Of a DNA stretch of 64,000 nt, positions 46,982 to 55,282 are shown piece by piece. A program made the translations under genes and the position numbers. Source of the stretch: Bdellovibrionales bacterium (GTDB lineage Bacteria; Bdellovibrionota; Bdellovibrionia; Bdellovibrionales; UBA1609); NCBI GenBank assembly GCA_022450595.1, contig JAKUPT010000003.1:18339-82338 (forward strand), given 5' to 3'. Position 1 is the stretch's first letter. Every line of letters begins with the position of its first letter. The notes below the pieces were generated by a model. The model saw nothing but the letters and a program-made list of their open reading frames with translations. It was not told where the DNA came from and did no database searches.

Positions 46982-48186
46982 CGACGAACTTTGAGTTTAC
47001 GAAATCTAGACGAGCTGGCGGGGGGCGACGCTCCCGGCCCAGCTTTTGAATCATCAAACAGATTAAAACCAATACCTACGCCAATATCAATGGCTAACTG
47101 AAACACATAACGACGATCTTCATGTTGCCCGGGGTAAGCTCCTCGTTCTACAGCATAAGTGGCCAGATCTAAGTTCAAAGGGCCCATGCCAAGACCAAGT
47201 CCTGCCGTGTAGTAGCCTTGGTAAAAGCCTCCCCTAACTGCAATTAAGGGTAAGTCTAACTCAAGACCCATATGAATTTTTTTTCCAATCTGTTCAGAAG
47301 TTTTATTTAAGCCTCTAAACTCTATACTAGGAGTCACAGTCACTAAGGGCACATCCACTTCAACTGCTGCCGCAAGAATCATATCCTCTTCGTCTGAAGG
47401 AGGGGAAATAGATGCGTCTTCAGATCTGTAACTTGTGGTACCAACGTTTTTCCAAACAAATGAAAAAATGGGTTTCACAAACGGAGCTGGAATCACCATA
47501 TTAAATCCAAGATCTACCCCGTAACCAAGTGACTTGTTTTGAATTTGATTAATTATGGCGTCCGCATCTAAGTTTGATAAGGTAGAGCCTGTAAAGCTTG
47601 TGTCAGCTCCCATTCTGGAAACCCGCCTTACATTCATACCTCCATAAACAAAGCCTGGCACCACCGGAAAGGCAAAGCCTAAAACAACAGCTTTGTCCCA
47701 ATAGACTTTGACGTTTAAGTTAGGGTACACCGGATTATCAAGTAAAAGCTCAAAATTGATTTGTTGATAGTAAGCGGCTCCAAAAAAAGGAAAAACAATG
47801 GCAGTTTTTGCTCCCCCACCAAACCATACGGGCTCGCCATAAATTCCACTTAAGGTGTCGGCAAAGCTTCCTGAAGTCGACCCGCTTGAGTCCGCTAACT
47901 CTTGTAATGCGGTGGCATTTCCAATACCAAGATTAGGATCAGCAATGGTCCAATACACTCCCCCAGTTCGGGACAAACCAGCTGGGTTGTAAAACAAAGC
48001 GTCGGCATTGTTCACAACAGCCGTATAAGCACCGCCCATTCCAACACCACGTACGGAAAGTGTGGAATCAAACACATCAGCTTTTAAGTCTGAGAGAAAT
48101 ATCCCAATAATACCTGCAATAAATAACATATAACGAAGTGGTTTTTTAATTACGGACAAAGACATGTAGACACATCCCCCGTACAT
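46978..48186 (-). CDS. FadL/TodX/PorV-like outer-membrane barrel, paralog 1 (with basic C-terminal tail)
   Basis: N-terminal hatch-like motif RGVGMGGAYTAVVNNADALFYNPAGL and a late motif EDRRYVFQL. The likely start is MSLSVIKK (about 48165). Confidence 0.75.
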   Translation of the reverse strand: MYGGCVYMSLSVIKKPLRYMLFIAGIIGIFLSDLKADVFDSTLSVRGVGMGGAYTAVVNNADALFYNPAGLSRTGGVYWTIADPNLGIGNATALQELADSSGSTSGSFADTLSGIYGEPVWFGGGAKTAIVFPFFGAAYYQQINFELLLDNPVYPNLNVKVYWDKAVVLGFAFPVVPGFVYGGMNVRRVSRMGADTSFTGSTLSNLDADAIINQIQNKSLGYGVDLGFNMVIPAPFVKPIFSFVWKNVGTTSYRSEDASISPPSDEEDMILAAAVEVDVPLVTVTPSIEFRGLNKTSEQIGKKIHMGLELDLPLIAVRGGFYQGYYTAGLGLGMGPLNLDLATYAVERGAYPGQHEDRRYVFQLAIDIGVGIGFNLFDDSKAGPGASPPASSSRFRKLKVRR

Positions 48187-48962
48187 TCAGCAATTCCAAT
48201 GGCAGAGCTTTCTCTTATTACCGTTCTAATTCCACGCTGTTGATCAGCGGTAAGTGTTGAAGGGTCTGTCACCGTACAAAAGTTGGCAGATCCAGGAAGA
48301 GACGAACAAACAGAATTTAAGTCTGCTAAACTACCACTACCCACACCAATTTCAGAAGCCACTTGGTTCATACTATCAATAAAATTTCTAAGACCTGTAG
48401 CCACATGCCCGGCCTCTAAATCAGCAAGTGAGCCCGTGGTGCAAGCGGCAAAACTTCCATCAACGGTGTCATTGTTATCAGTGTCGGCATAAAAATTTAA
48501 AGAGCTTCCAATTTTAGCAAAACTTGTATACACCATTAATACATTTTCATCGGTGGTTCTATTGGCCGCATCGGGGTCAATATTTATTAAAGTGGTTTCG
48601 GCAGATTTACAATTGGCTAGTTGTGTGGCCGTTGCCCCAGTAAAGGTGGCCATTAAAAACTGTAAAAAATTAGTTGTACCAATATTTCCAAACTCAGTGG
48701 TTAGTGATAAAAAATCTAAACCACAAATTCCTAAATAAATAGTGGCTAATAAAAATTGATTGTCTCGCTTTGCTTGCGTTGTAGACTTTAAAGTTTGAAA
48801 AGCTGTTAATGCGTCTGCGTACTCTTTTTTGGCTTGGTGTCGATAGACTGTATACAAAATTGCATCTTCATCTTCTTTGTCGGCAAATTCCCTTAAGACG
48901 TTGCCAGAGCAAGAAAGTTGAAAAGATATTATTAGTAAAAAAAATATACGAAACAAAGCCAT
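48150..48962 (-). CDS. Cys-rich probable lipoprotein, immediately upstream of barrel paralog 1
   Basis: Signal peptide ending FQLSC, 10 Cys in total, and C-terminus ...ECTGDVSTCLCP. Confidence 0.7.
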   Translation of the reverse strand: MALFRIFFLLIISFQLSCSGNVLREFADKEDEDAILYTVYRHQAKKEYADALTAFQTLKSTTQAKRDNQFLLATIYLGICGLDFLSLTTEFGNIGTTNFLQFLMATFTGATATQLANCKSAETTLINIDPDAANRTTDENVLMVYTSFAKIGSSLNFYADTDNNDTVDGSFAACTTGSLADLEAGHVATGLRNFIDSMNQVASEIGVGSGSLADLNSVCSSLPGSANFCTVTDPSTLTADQQRGIRTVIRESSAIGIAECTGDVSTCLCP

Positions 48963-49097
48963 CTCTATTAGTATACAAACACACAGCCATTTAATAAGGT
49001 CCAGAAAAAGAAATTAGACATAAGTGCAAAAAAGGTCTTTGGTCTAGATTGAAACTCTGACTGTAAACCTTCACTGTCACATTCCGATACACCTTGT

Positions 49098-50168
49098 ATG
49101 AAACCAATATTGATTATTTTTAGTATTATCACTTTTCATCTTCCACTTAAAGCCCAAGAGGTGCGTGAGTTCTACAATGGCGTCAGGTCACTCGGAATGG
49201 GAGGGGCCACCATTGCAGTCACCAACGATGAAACTGCACTGTTAAATAACCCTGCCGGCCTTGGTAAGTTACGTGATTACTTTTTCACAGTGGCAGACCC
49301 TGAGCTTGATTTGAGTGAACGCAACTACCCAATACACGGCTTAGATCTCATGGGAATGATTGATCCCGATGCCACATTGGGAGAGTTAAGATCTCGCCCC
49401 GGCGCCTCTGTTTACTCTAAAGCACAAATATTTCCCTCTATTGTTCTTCCAAATTTTGGAATGGGATTGTTTACAAAGTATGAAATGTTCGCCCAAGTGG
49501 CCAGCGACAGTAGCACGTACAAAGTTAACTACCAAAATGACATGGCTTTTGTTTTTGGTTTTAACTTTAGACTTTTTGATGGACGTTTAAAATTAGGGTT
49601 TAATACCAAGCTTATCAACCGTGTGGAAATCCTTAGAGATGACTTAGACCCAACAGCTTCTACCAATACAGTATCAAACCTTGGTAAACACGGCTTTGGT
49701 GTAGGCTCAGATGTTGGAATGATTCTTACGGCGCCATGGAAGTATTTACCCACTCTTGCCATTCGTGCCCGTGATGTTGGAAATACAAAATTTGATTTTA
49801 AAGACGGACTCTTTAAAACCACTGCTGAGTACCCGGAAGTGGACACTCAAAAAGTAGATGCCGCTTTTGCTTTGTTTCCAATTCTTGGAAGAGGCAAGCG
49901 CATGGTTTTTACTTTAGAAGTACGTGATGTTTTAAATATGAGCGATTATGAAGATCAAAATAAACTTTACCACGGTGGAGTAGAATTTAACTTTCATGAC
50001 GCCTTCTTTTTTAGAGCCGGTTACAACCAACGCTACTGGACCTCTGGTGTAGAGCTAGCTGTAATGAACTATCAACTCCAACTGGCCACCTACGGCGAAG
50101 AGATCGGCACCGCCACCCAACCCCAAGAAGATCGCCGCTACGTCTTAAAATTCGCCTACCGCTTCTAA
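49098..50168 (+). CDS. FadL/TodX/PorV-like outer-membrane barrel, paralog 2
   Basis: RSLGMGGATIAVTNDETALLNNPAGL near the N-terminus and C-terminal EDRRYVLKFAYRF. Confidence 0.78.
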   Translation: MKPILIIFSIITFHLPLKAQEVREFYNGVRSLGMGGATIAVTNDETALLNNPAGLGKLRDYFFTVADPELDLSERNYPIHGLDLMGMIDPDATLGELRSRPGASVYSKAQIFPSIVLPNFGMGLFTKYEMFAQVASDSSTYKVNYQNDMAFVFGFNFRLFDGRLKLGFNTKLINRVEILRDDLDPTASTNTVSNLGKHGFGVGSDVGMILTAPWKYLPTLAIRARDVGNTKFDFKDGLFKTTAEYPEVDTQKVDAAFALFPILGRGKRMVFTLEVRDVLNMSDYEDQNKLYHGGVEFNFHDAFFFRAGYNQRYWTSGVELAVMNYQLQLATYGEEIGTATQPQEDRRYVLKFAYRF

Positions 50169-50175
50169 CCCGCGT

Positions 50176-50230
50176 CAAAAGGTACGGACTACCTTTTGGA
50201 ACCTCGCGCGAAAAGGTAGTCCGTACCTTT
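50176..50230. repeat. Perfect 21-bp inverted repeat (hairpin) with a 13-nt GC-rich loop
   Basis: AAAAGGTACGGACTACCTTTT (50176-50196), loop GGAACCTCGCGCG, then AAAAGGTAGTCCGTACCTTTT (50210-50230). CCTTTTGGAAC occurs twice as a direct repeat. Confidence 0.9.
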
Positions 50231-50242
50231 TGGAACACAGTA

Positions 50243-50273
50243 TAAAAAAAAGCCATGTTTCCATGGCTTTTTT
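50243..50273. terminator. Bidirectional Rho-independent terminator between convergent genes
   Basis: AAAAAAAA-GCCATG-TTTC-CATGGC-TTTTTTT. Confidence 0.8.
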
Positions 50274-50300
50274 TGAATTTATAAAATTAAAAATGAGATC

Positions 50301-51044
50301 TTAAGGGTTGGCTAGTAGGTTTAAAAGTTGCTCTCCGATTGTGGAGGAGTTGCCGCCGCCGGCAGTGATAGCAGCTTCAATGTCTACGCAGATATCTTCT
50401 TCGGCTTTATCTCCTGTGCAGTAGGCATCGCTGATGGCAACAGCGGCTTGACCAATAGACTCTGGCTCACAGCTTCCAGATTGACAATCACTTACTATTT
50501 GATCTGCTTGAGTAATTAATTCATCTTCAGAACATTCATCTAAACTAGCATTCGGATTACCATTGCAATTAAGTGTTACTGTGTTTGTCATAACTGTACC
50601 TGTTAAGCTAAGACCCGCAATATATACAAGACCAGGAACGCCTGAGTTCGTACAAGCATTGAACATGCTTTTTGCTAAGTCCTTGGCATCTGTTTGTTTA
50701 TCAGCGGTACTGCTGCCAATACCTTTAAGAGATAATACTGAAATTAAAGCTGCTTCATTTGAGGCGCCATCCATTTGGTCAGCGGCTTTTGCAAATCTAT
50801 TGGCCGTCATGCCGCCCATTAAAAGTCTTGCTGAACATCTAATGGTGTTGGCCTCTTGAGTGGTCACCGTGCCTAGTTTGTTTTGACAGGCATCTGCAGC
50901 TGTTCTTAAGTCAGTGTAAGGCACTGTTTCATCAAGGTTATCAAGACAAGCTTGAGCATCATAAATTTTTGATTTGGCTTCATCTTCACAACCAGTGGCG
51001 AAGGCTAAAAGAGCTAAGAGTAAAATTGCGATTTTTAGTTTCAT
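50301..51044 (-). CDS. Cys-rich lipoprotein, downstream of barrel paralog 3
   Basis: Lipobox FATGC and 12 Cys in total. It is acidic and Ala/Thr/Gly-rich. Confidence 0.75.
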   Translation of the reverse strand: MKLKIAILLLALLAFATGCEDEAKSKIYDAQACLDNLDETVPYTDLRTAADACQNKLGTVTTQEANTIRCSARLLMGGMTANRFAKAADQMDGASNEAALISVLSLKGIGSSTADKQTDAKDLAKSMFNACTNSGVPGLVYIAGLSLTGTVMTNTVTLNCNGNPNASLDECSEDELITQADQIVSDCQSGSCEPESIGQAAVAISDAYCTGDKAEEDICVDIEAAITAGGGNSSTIGEQLLNLLANP

Positions 51045-51113
51045 AGGGTTCTCCTAATAAGTATTGTATCTAAAAAATTAATTAATCAATAGTGGTCGTC
51101 TCAATATAGGTCA

Positions 51114-52298
51114 TTAAAAGTCCATACTAAGTTCTACCATGTATCTTCGGTTCTCCTCAGGGCTTGACTCTGTTCCAACCTCATCGGCATATGTCACAAG
51201 ATCTATTTGAAACCAAGCAAAACGAGCTCCAAAACCAGCCGTAGGGTACCCTTGATTCAAACCAATGGTCCAAGTCCCTTTCCACCAGTCGTACATCTTC
51301 CAGTAAAGTTCAGCCCCGACATGAACACCTTTTTTAACCGACCAGTTGTCATGAAGAATGTCTCTAATGTCTACAGCCAAGTGAGGATCAAAAACCCAAA
51401 AATCAGGCAGGTCCCACTTTGATCCTAAATCAATTCGACGTTGCAATTTAGGTGGCTCTTTAGAGTTTTCATCTAAAATATGAAAGTTTGTATTAAAGCC
51501 GTAATCAAAAAGGTTTCTGACTACAAAGGCAAAACTAGGTTTTGCAAGACTCCACCAGCTCTCACCAGACACATCAGGAGTGAATAAAAAACCAACATCT
51601 GCATCTAAAGTAAACCCTTCTGCTGCGTCACTTGGTTTAAAAATCTCACTGTCATTCACAAGGTCTAAAGCATTCACCGAATCGCTGGCAAAAATTCTAT
51701 GGATACCTTTAACTGTAACACCAGCAGAAAGAGTTCCAATCTTGTCAATTCCAAACCAATCCACGTTGCGTCCGTATCCATAGGCAAAGGTGGTGTCTAA
51801 ATAAGCGTTTAAATTAATCGCTGGCGCCCCTTGACGGTGCACACTCAGGTCAGTTGTTAAATCAGCAGGTAGAATTGCAATTCCCCAATTTGGGCGCATC
51901 CAATAAAAGCCAAGTGTTGGAATACGGCTATAAAAATTTTCACCGTAATACTTATTTAATACTTCATTTAATCTTTCAGCTTCAGTTTTACCTGAGCCAT
52001 CGTCCTCAGAGGCTTTACTGATCTCGTCAACAAAATCAAGATAGTTGCCGGAGATACCTCCACGAAGCTGCATATGGATGTTTCCATCTTTTCTTCTTGC
52101 AAGAGCTGCTGGGTTATAAAACAAAGCACTGTGATCGTCCACTACCGCAGAGAATGCGTTTCCCATCCCCATAGCACGCGTACTTATGTAATCTTGGTGG
52201 ATCGAAAAATCTAAGTTTTTACTAGCGACCTCTGACCAAAGCATAGGTGTGGCAAGCATTGTTAACAAAAAACCAGCGACATTGAGTTGTAGCTTCAT
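51114..52298 (-). CDS. FadL/TodX/PorV-like outer-membrane barrel, paralog 3
   Basis: RAMGMGNAFSAVVDDHSALFYNPAAL near the N-terminus and C-terminal EENRRYMVELSMDF. Confidence 0.78.
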   Translation of the reverse strand: MKLQLNVAGFLLTMLATPMLWSEVASKNLDFSIHQDYISTRAMGMGNAFSAVVDDHSALFYNPAALARRKDGNIHMQLRGGISGNYLDFVDEISKASEDDGSGKTEAERLNEVLNKYYGENFYSRIPTLGFYWMRPNWGIAILPADLTTDLSVHRQGAPAINLNAYLDTTFAYGYGRNVDWFGIDKIGTLSAGVTVKGIHRIFASDSVNALDLVNDSEIFKPSDAAEGFTLDADVGFLFTPDVSGESWWSLAKPSFAFVVRNLFDYGFNTNFHILDENSKEPPKLQRRIDLGSKWDLPDFWVFDPHLAVDIRDILHDNWSVKKGVHVGAELYWKMYDWWKGTWTIGLNQGYPTAGFGARFAWFQIDLVTYADEVGTESSPEENRRYMVELSMDF

Positions 52299-52373
52299 AA
52301 CTTTTCCCCTAACTTGTATGATGTACTGAACAAAAGCTTAAAAAAAATAACCCAATTAGTTAATGAGAAATCT

Positions 52374-52940
52374 ATGAAAGCAGTAAACTTCGTACTTTTT
52401 TTGACCTTAGTCTTATTCACATTTACCGGTTTTGCGCAAGATGAAGACCTTATTATTGACACTAAGGATTTAAACCTAAATTCTCGGCAAGAGTTAACTG
52501 CTTCAGAGGGAAGTCGTATATTCCTATACGATCAATCAATGTCACCTAGACTCATTTTATCCTTCGACTTAAAAGATCTGACTAATATTGATTATGGATT
52601 TGGCATCAACTACATGTTTGCCAGTCAAAGCTCAAAACATATTGAAATTGGAGCTGATTTTTTAACCAAAGATATTGGTTTTTTTAGAGTGGGACAAAAA
52701 AATATATTTTATAAAAAACAAAGCTTTCGCCCTTTTATAAAATACGGAGTTGCTCTTTCCACTCATGCTGGTGAACAGTTAGCTGGCATTGTAAATTATG
52801 AAAATTACTTTTTAAACTTTACAGTGGGACTAGAGGATTTATTAAAAATTCCTATGAGTGTGCGCATTGAAACAGAAGTTTATATCTCCTCGAACCAAAG
52901 CTATTGGTTCAATGTGCTAAGCTACTCCTGGGCCTGGTAG
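52374..52940 (+). CDS. Small outer-membrane beta-barrel protein
   Basis: Signal peptide from the ATG at 52374 (MKAVNFVLFL...FAQ). The ORF-track start at 52314 is a TTG. C-terminal YSWAW. Confidence 0.7.
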   Translation: MKAVNFVLFLTLVLFTFTGFAQDEDLIIDTKDLNLNSRQELTASEGSRIFLYDQSMSPRLILSFDLKDLTNIDYGFGINYMFASQSSKHIEIGADFLTKDIGFFRVGQKNIFYKKQSFRPFIKYGVALSTHAGEQLAGIVNYENYFLNFTVGLEDLLKIPMSVRIETEVYISSNQSYWFNVLSYSWAW

Positions 52941-54409
52941 GTGTGTTCAGATAAAAAGCTCTCAGCTGCTTTAAAGATTCGTTGTTTTTTCTCAGCAGAG
53001 AGTTTTTCAAGCATCCTTGTCATCATCGAAAGCCTGTGGTTGGAATTAAAAAAGTCTTTGTGCTTATCAATAAAACGCCAATACAAACCATCCACCACAT
53101 CTGTCCACTCCCCTTTCGGGAAATCACTCATCTTTAGTAGATAGTTAGAGCCACAGATATAAGGCTTTGTAGCAAAAATGCCTCCGTCACTAAATTGGCC
53201 CATGCCATAAACATTAGGAGTCATCACCCAGTCGGCTGAATCTACAAAAAAGCACATAAACCAGTTGTAAACTTCTTTAGGATGAATCTCACATAAAAGC
53301 ATCAAGTTACTGAGCACCATAAGCCGCTCTATATGATGAGCGTATCCATAATCTAAAGCTTTTTTAATACTGTGATCTAAGATAGGAATTCCGGTGTCCC
53401 CAGTGTACCAGCTAGGTGCCATTTGATTTTTATGGTTAAAGAAGTTTGTATTGTTTTGTTTTTCATCATATTGATCATAAATTCCTTTAATAAACTCTCT
53501 CCACCCAATAATTTGACGAACAAACCCCTCAAGACTGTTCATTGGGATTTTATTTTTTTGAGCATAAACAAGAGCCTTATCAATAACCTCTTGAGGTGTT
53601 AAAAGACCCAAGTTCATTATTGGGCTTAATACGGAATGATAAACAAAATCAGAATCTGCAGAAATCGCATCTTCATAATCACCAAATAACTGAAATCTGT
53701 TTTTAAAAAACTCATTCAACCATTTTAAGGCCTCATCTCTTGTTGTGGGATAGAAAAAATAATCTATATGACCTGGATGATCGCCAAAATGATTTTCAAT
53801 AAGTTGAGCCACATCTTGGTTGATGTGAGATGATTTTTTTAGCTCCGGTGGCAGATGTTTTTTAGGTAATTTTTTTCGATTGTCTTCATCAAAAGACCAT
53901 TTTCCACCTTTGGGATTATTTTGTGCATCCACTAAAATCTTATGACGTATTCTTTGTTGTTTATAAAAGCTCTTCATAAAGGGTGACTTATGGGCCTTAC
54001 AGTATTCCTGAAAGACTTTTTTTGAGGTCATAAATCCAGGAGATTCAAGCATTTCAAGCTTTAAATCATAATCTTCACAAAACTGTCGGACTTGTTCATA
54101 AAAAAAATGATCTGAGATTTCATAGCTTTGAATTTTTTTAACATTATGTTGATCAACTGTAGATTTTAAAACTGAAAAGTAACTCTTCGAAGAGTCTAAA
54201 AAATTGTAGGACAATTTGGCTTTTAAGGGCCACGCCTTTTTAAACTCACGCATGGCAGATAAAAAAAGCATTATTTTTTGTTTATGATACTTATGATGGG
54301 TGCAAAGTGACATATCTTCCATCATAAAAAAAATATCTGCTTTTAAAGGCTGGTAAAATTTTTTCTGATCAAAAAGCTGATCTCCTAAAATAAGATGCAA
54401 TGTTTTCAT
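52922..54409 (-). CDS. Cryptochrome/photolyase-family protein of the photolyase-related (COG3046, PhrB/CryB-like) type
   Basis: N-terminal MKTLHLILGDQLF is typical of this family, as is the FAD-binding C-terminal half (GWREFI, HIERLM, WFMCFFVDSADWV, NVYGM). Confidence 0.8.
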   Translation of the reverse strand: MKTLHLILGDQLFDQKKFYQPLKADIFFMMEDMSLCTHHKYHKQKIMLFLSAMREFKKAWPLKAKLSYNFLDSSKSYFSVLKSTVDQHNVKKIQSYEISDHFFYEQVRQFCEDYDLKLEMLESPGFMTSKKVFQEYCKAHKSPFMKSFYKQQRIRHKILVDAQNNPKGGKWSFDEDNRKKLPKKHLPPELKKSSHINQDVAQLIENHFGDHPGHIDYFFYPTTRDEALKWLNEFFKNRFQLFGDYEDAISADSDFVYHSVLSPIMNLGLLTPQEVIDKALVYAQKNKIPMNSLEGFVRQIIGWREFIKGIYDQYDEKQNNTNFFNHKNQMAPSWYTGDTGIPILDHSIKKALDYGYAHHIERLMVLSNLMLLCEIHPKEVYNWFMCFFVDSADWVMTPNVYGMGQFSDGGIFATKPYICGSNYLLKMSDFPKGEWTDVVDGLYWRFIDKHKDFFNSNHRLSMMTRMLEKLSAEKKQRIFKAAESFLSEHTYQAQE

Positions 54410-54605
54410 AAGGCCATTTTACACAATTTCTAATTTTTAAAAGCAAAAGATTATAAAAACCATCAAACTTCACAACTTGTACAAGTGAATCTCAAGCCAT
54501 TCACGAGGAGAATATTTTCAGATCCCAACAAGCAAAACAACTAGGTGTGGTTTTCAAAAAGAAGCGTGATTATCTTTCTATGAGTTCAGATATCCGTGTT
54601 CATTT

Positions 54606-55205
54606 TTATGATTGATCATTGAGATCTTCAAGAAGTTTAGTAATCTGATTCTCAAGATTTTCATGATCTGAAGTATTATCCACCACAAAATCACATTTTT
54701 TGATTTTATCATCCATTGAGACTTGGTTTAAAATTCTATTCACAGCCTGCTCTTTGGACATATTGTTTCTAGATTTTAAGCGCTCAATTTGTTGATCCAT
54801 ACGACTATAAACAACAACAATTTTATCAAACATCGATTCCATGTTTTTTTCAAACAACAAAGGCACATCATAAAAGGCCATCTTATAGCCCTGACTTTTT
54901 AAGGAGTCTTTTAGCTTTTTAGTCTGTTCTCGAACAATAGGATGAATAATACTTTCTAACTTCTCAAGTTGAGACTTATCTGTAAAAACAATTTCAGCTA
55001 AAGATTCTCTGTTTAATGTGCCGTCTTTATTTAAGACATCCATACCAAAGGCCTTAACCACATTTTTGTAGCCCTCTGAACCATGGATGATGGCATCACG
55101 AGCCAACTCGTCGGCATCGACCACAGGAAGACCTCTTTGTCTCAATATCTGACTTACTGTTGATTTCCCAGAGGCAATGCCTCCAGTGAGTCCTATCCAA
55201 ATCAT
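54606..55205 (-). CDS. coaE: Dephospho-CoA kinase
   Basis: IGLTGGIASGKST P-loop at the N-terminus; 199 aa. Confidence 0.9.
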   Translation of the reverse strand: MIWIGLTGGIASGKSTVSQILRQRGLPVVDADELARDAIIHGSEGYKNVVKAFGMDVLNKDGTLNRESLAEIVFTDKSQLEKLESIIHPIVREQTKKLKDSLKSQGYKMAFYDVPLLFEKNMESMFDKIVVVYSRMDQQIERLKSRNNMSKEQAVNRILNQVSMDDKIKKCDFVVDNTSDHENLENQITKLLEDLNDQS

Positions 55206-55282
55206 ACACGACCTTCATCTAGTAGATGAATAAAGTTTAAACGTTTGCATTTATTATACCGATGATTTGTTTATAAAAATAG

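Noticed and set aside
52922-54409. Fe-S cluster (four-Cys) signature of PhrB/CryB-type (6-4) photolyases in the photolyase-related protein.
   Set aside because: Several Cys are present in the C-terminal half (LLCEIH, FMCFF, YICGS). I cannot align them confidently by eye to the known ligand positions, so subfamily and cofactor are left open.
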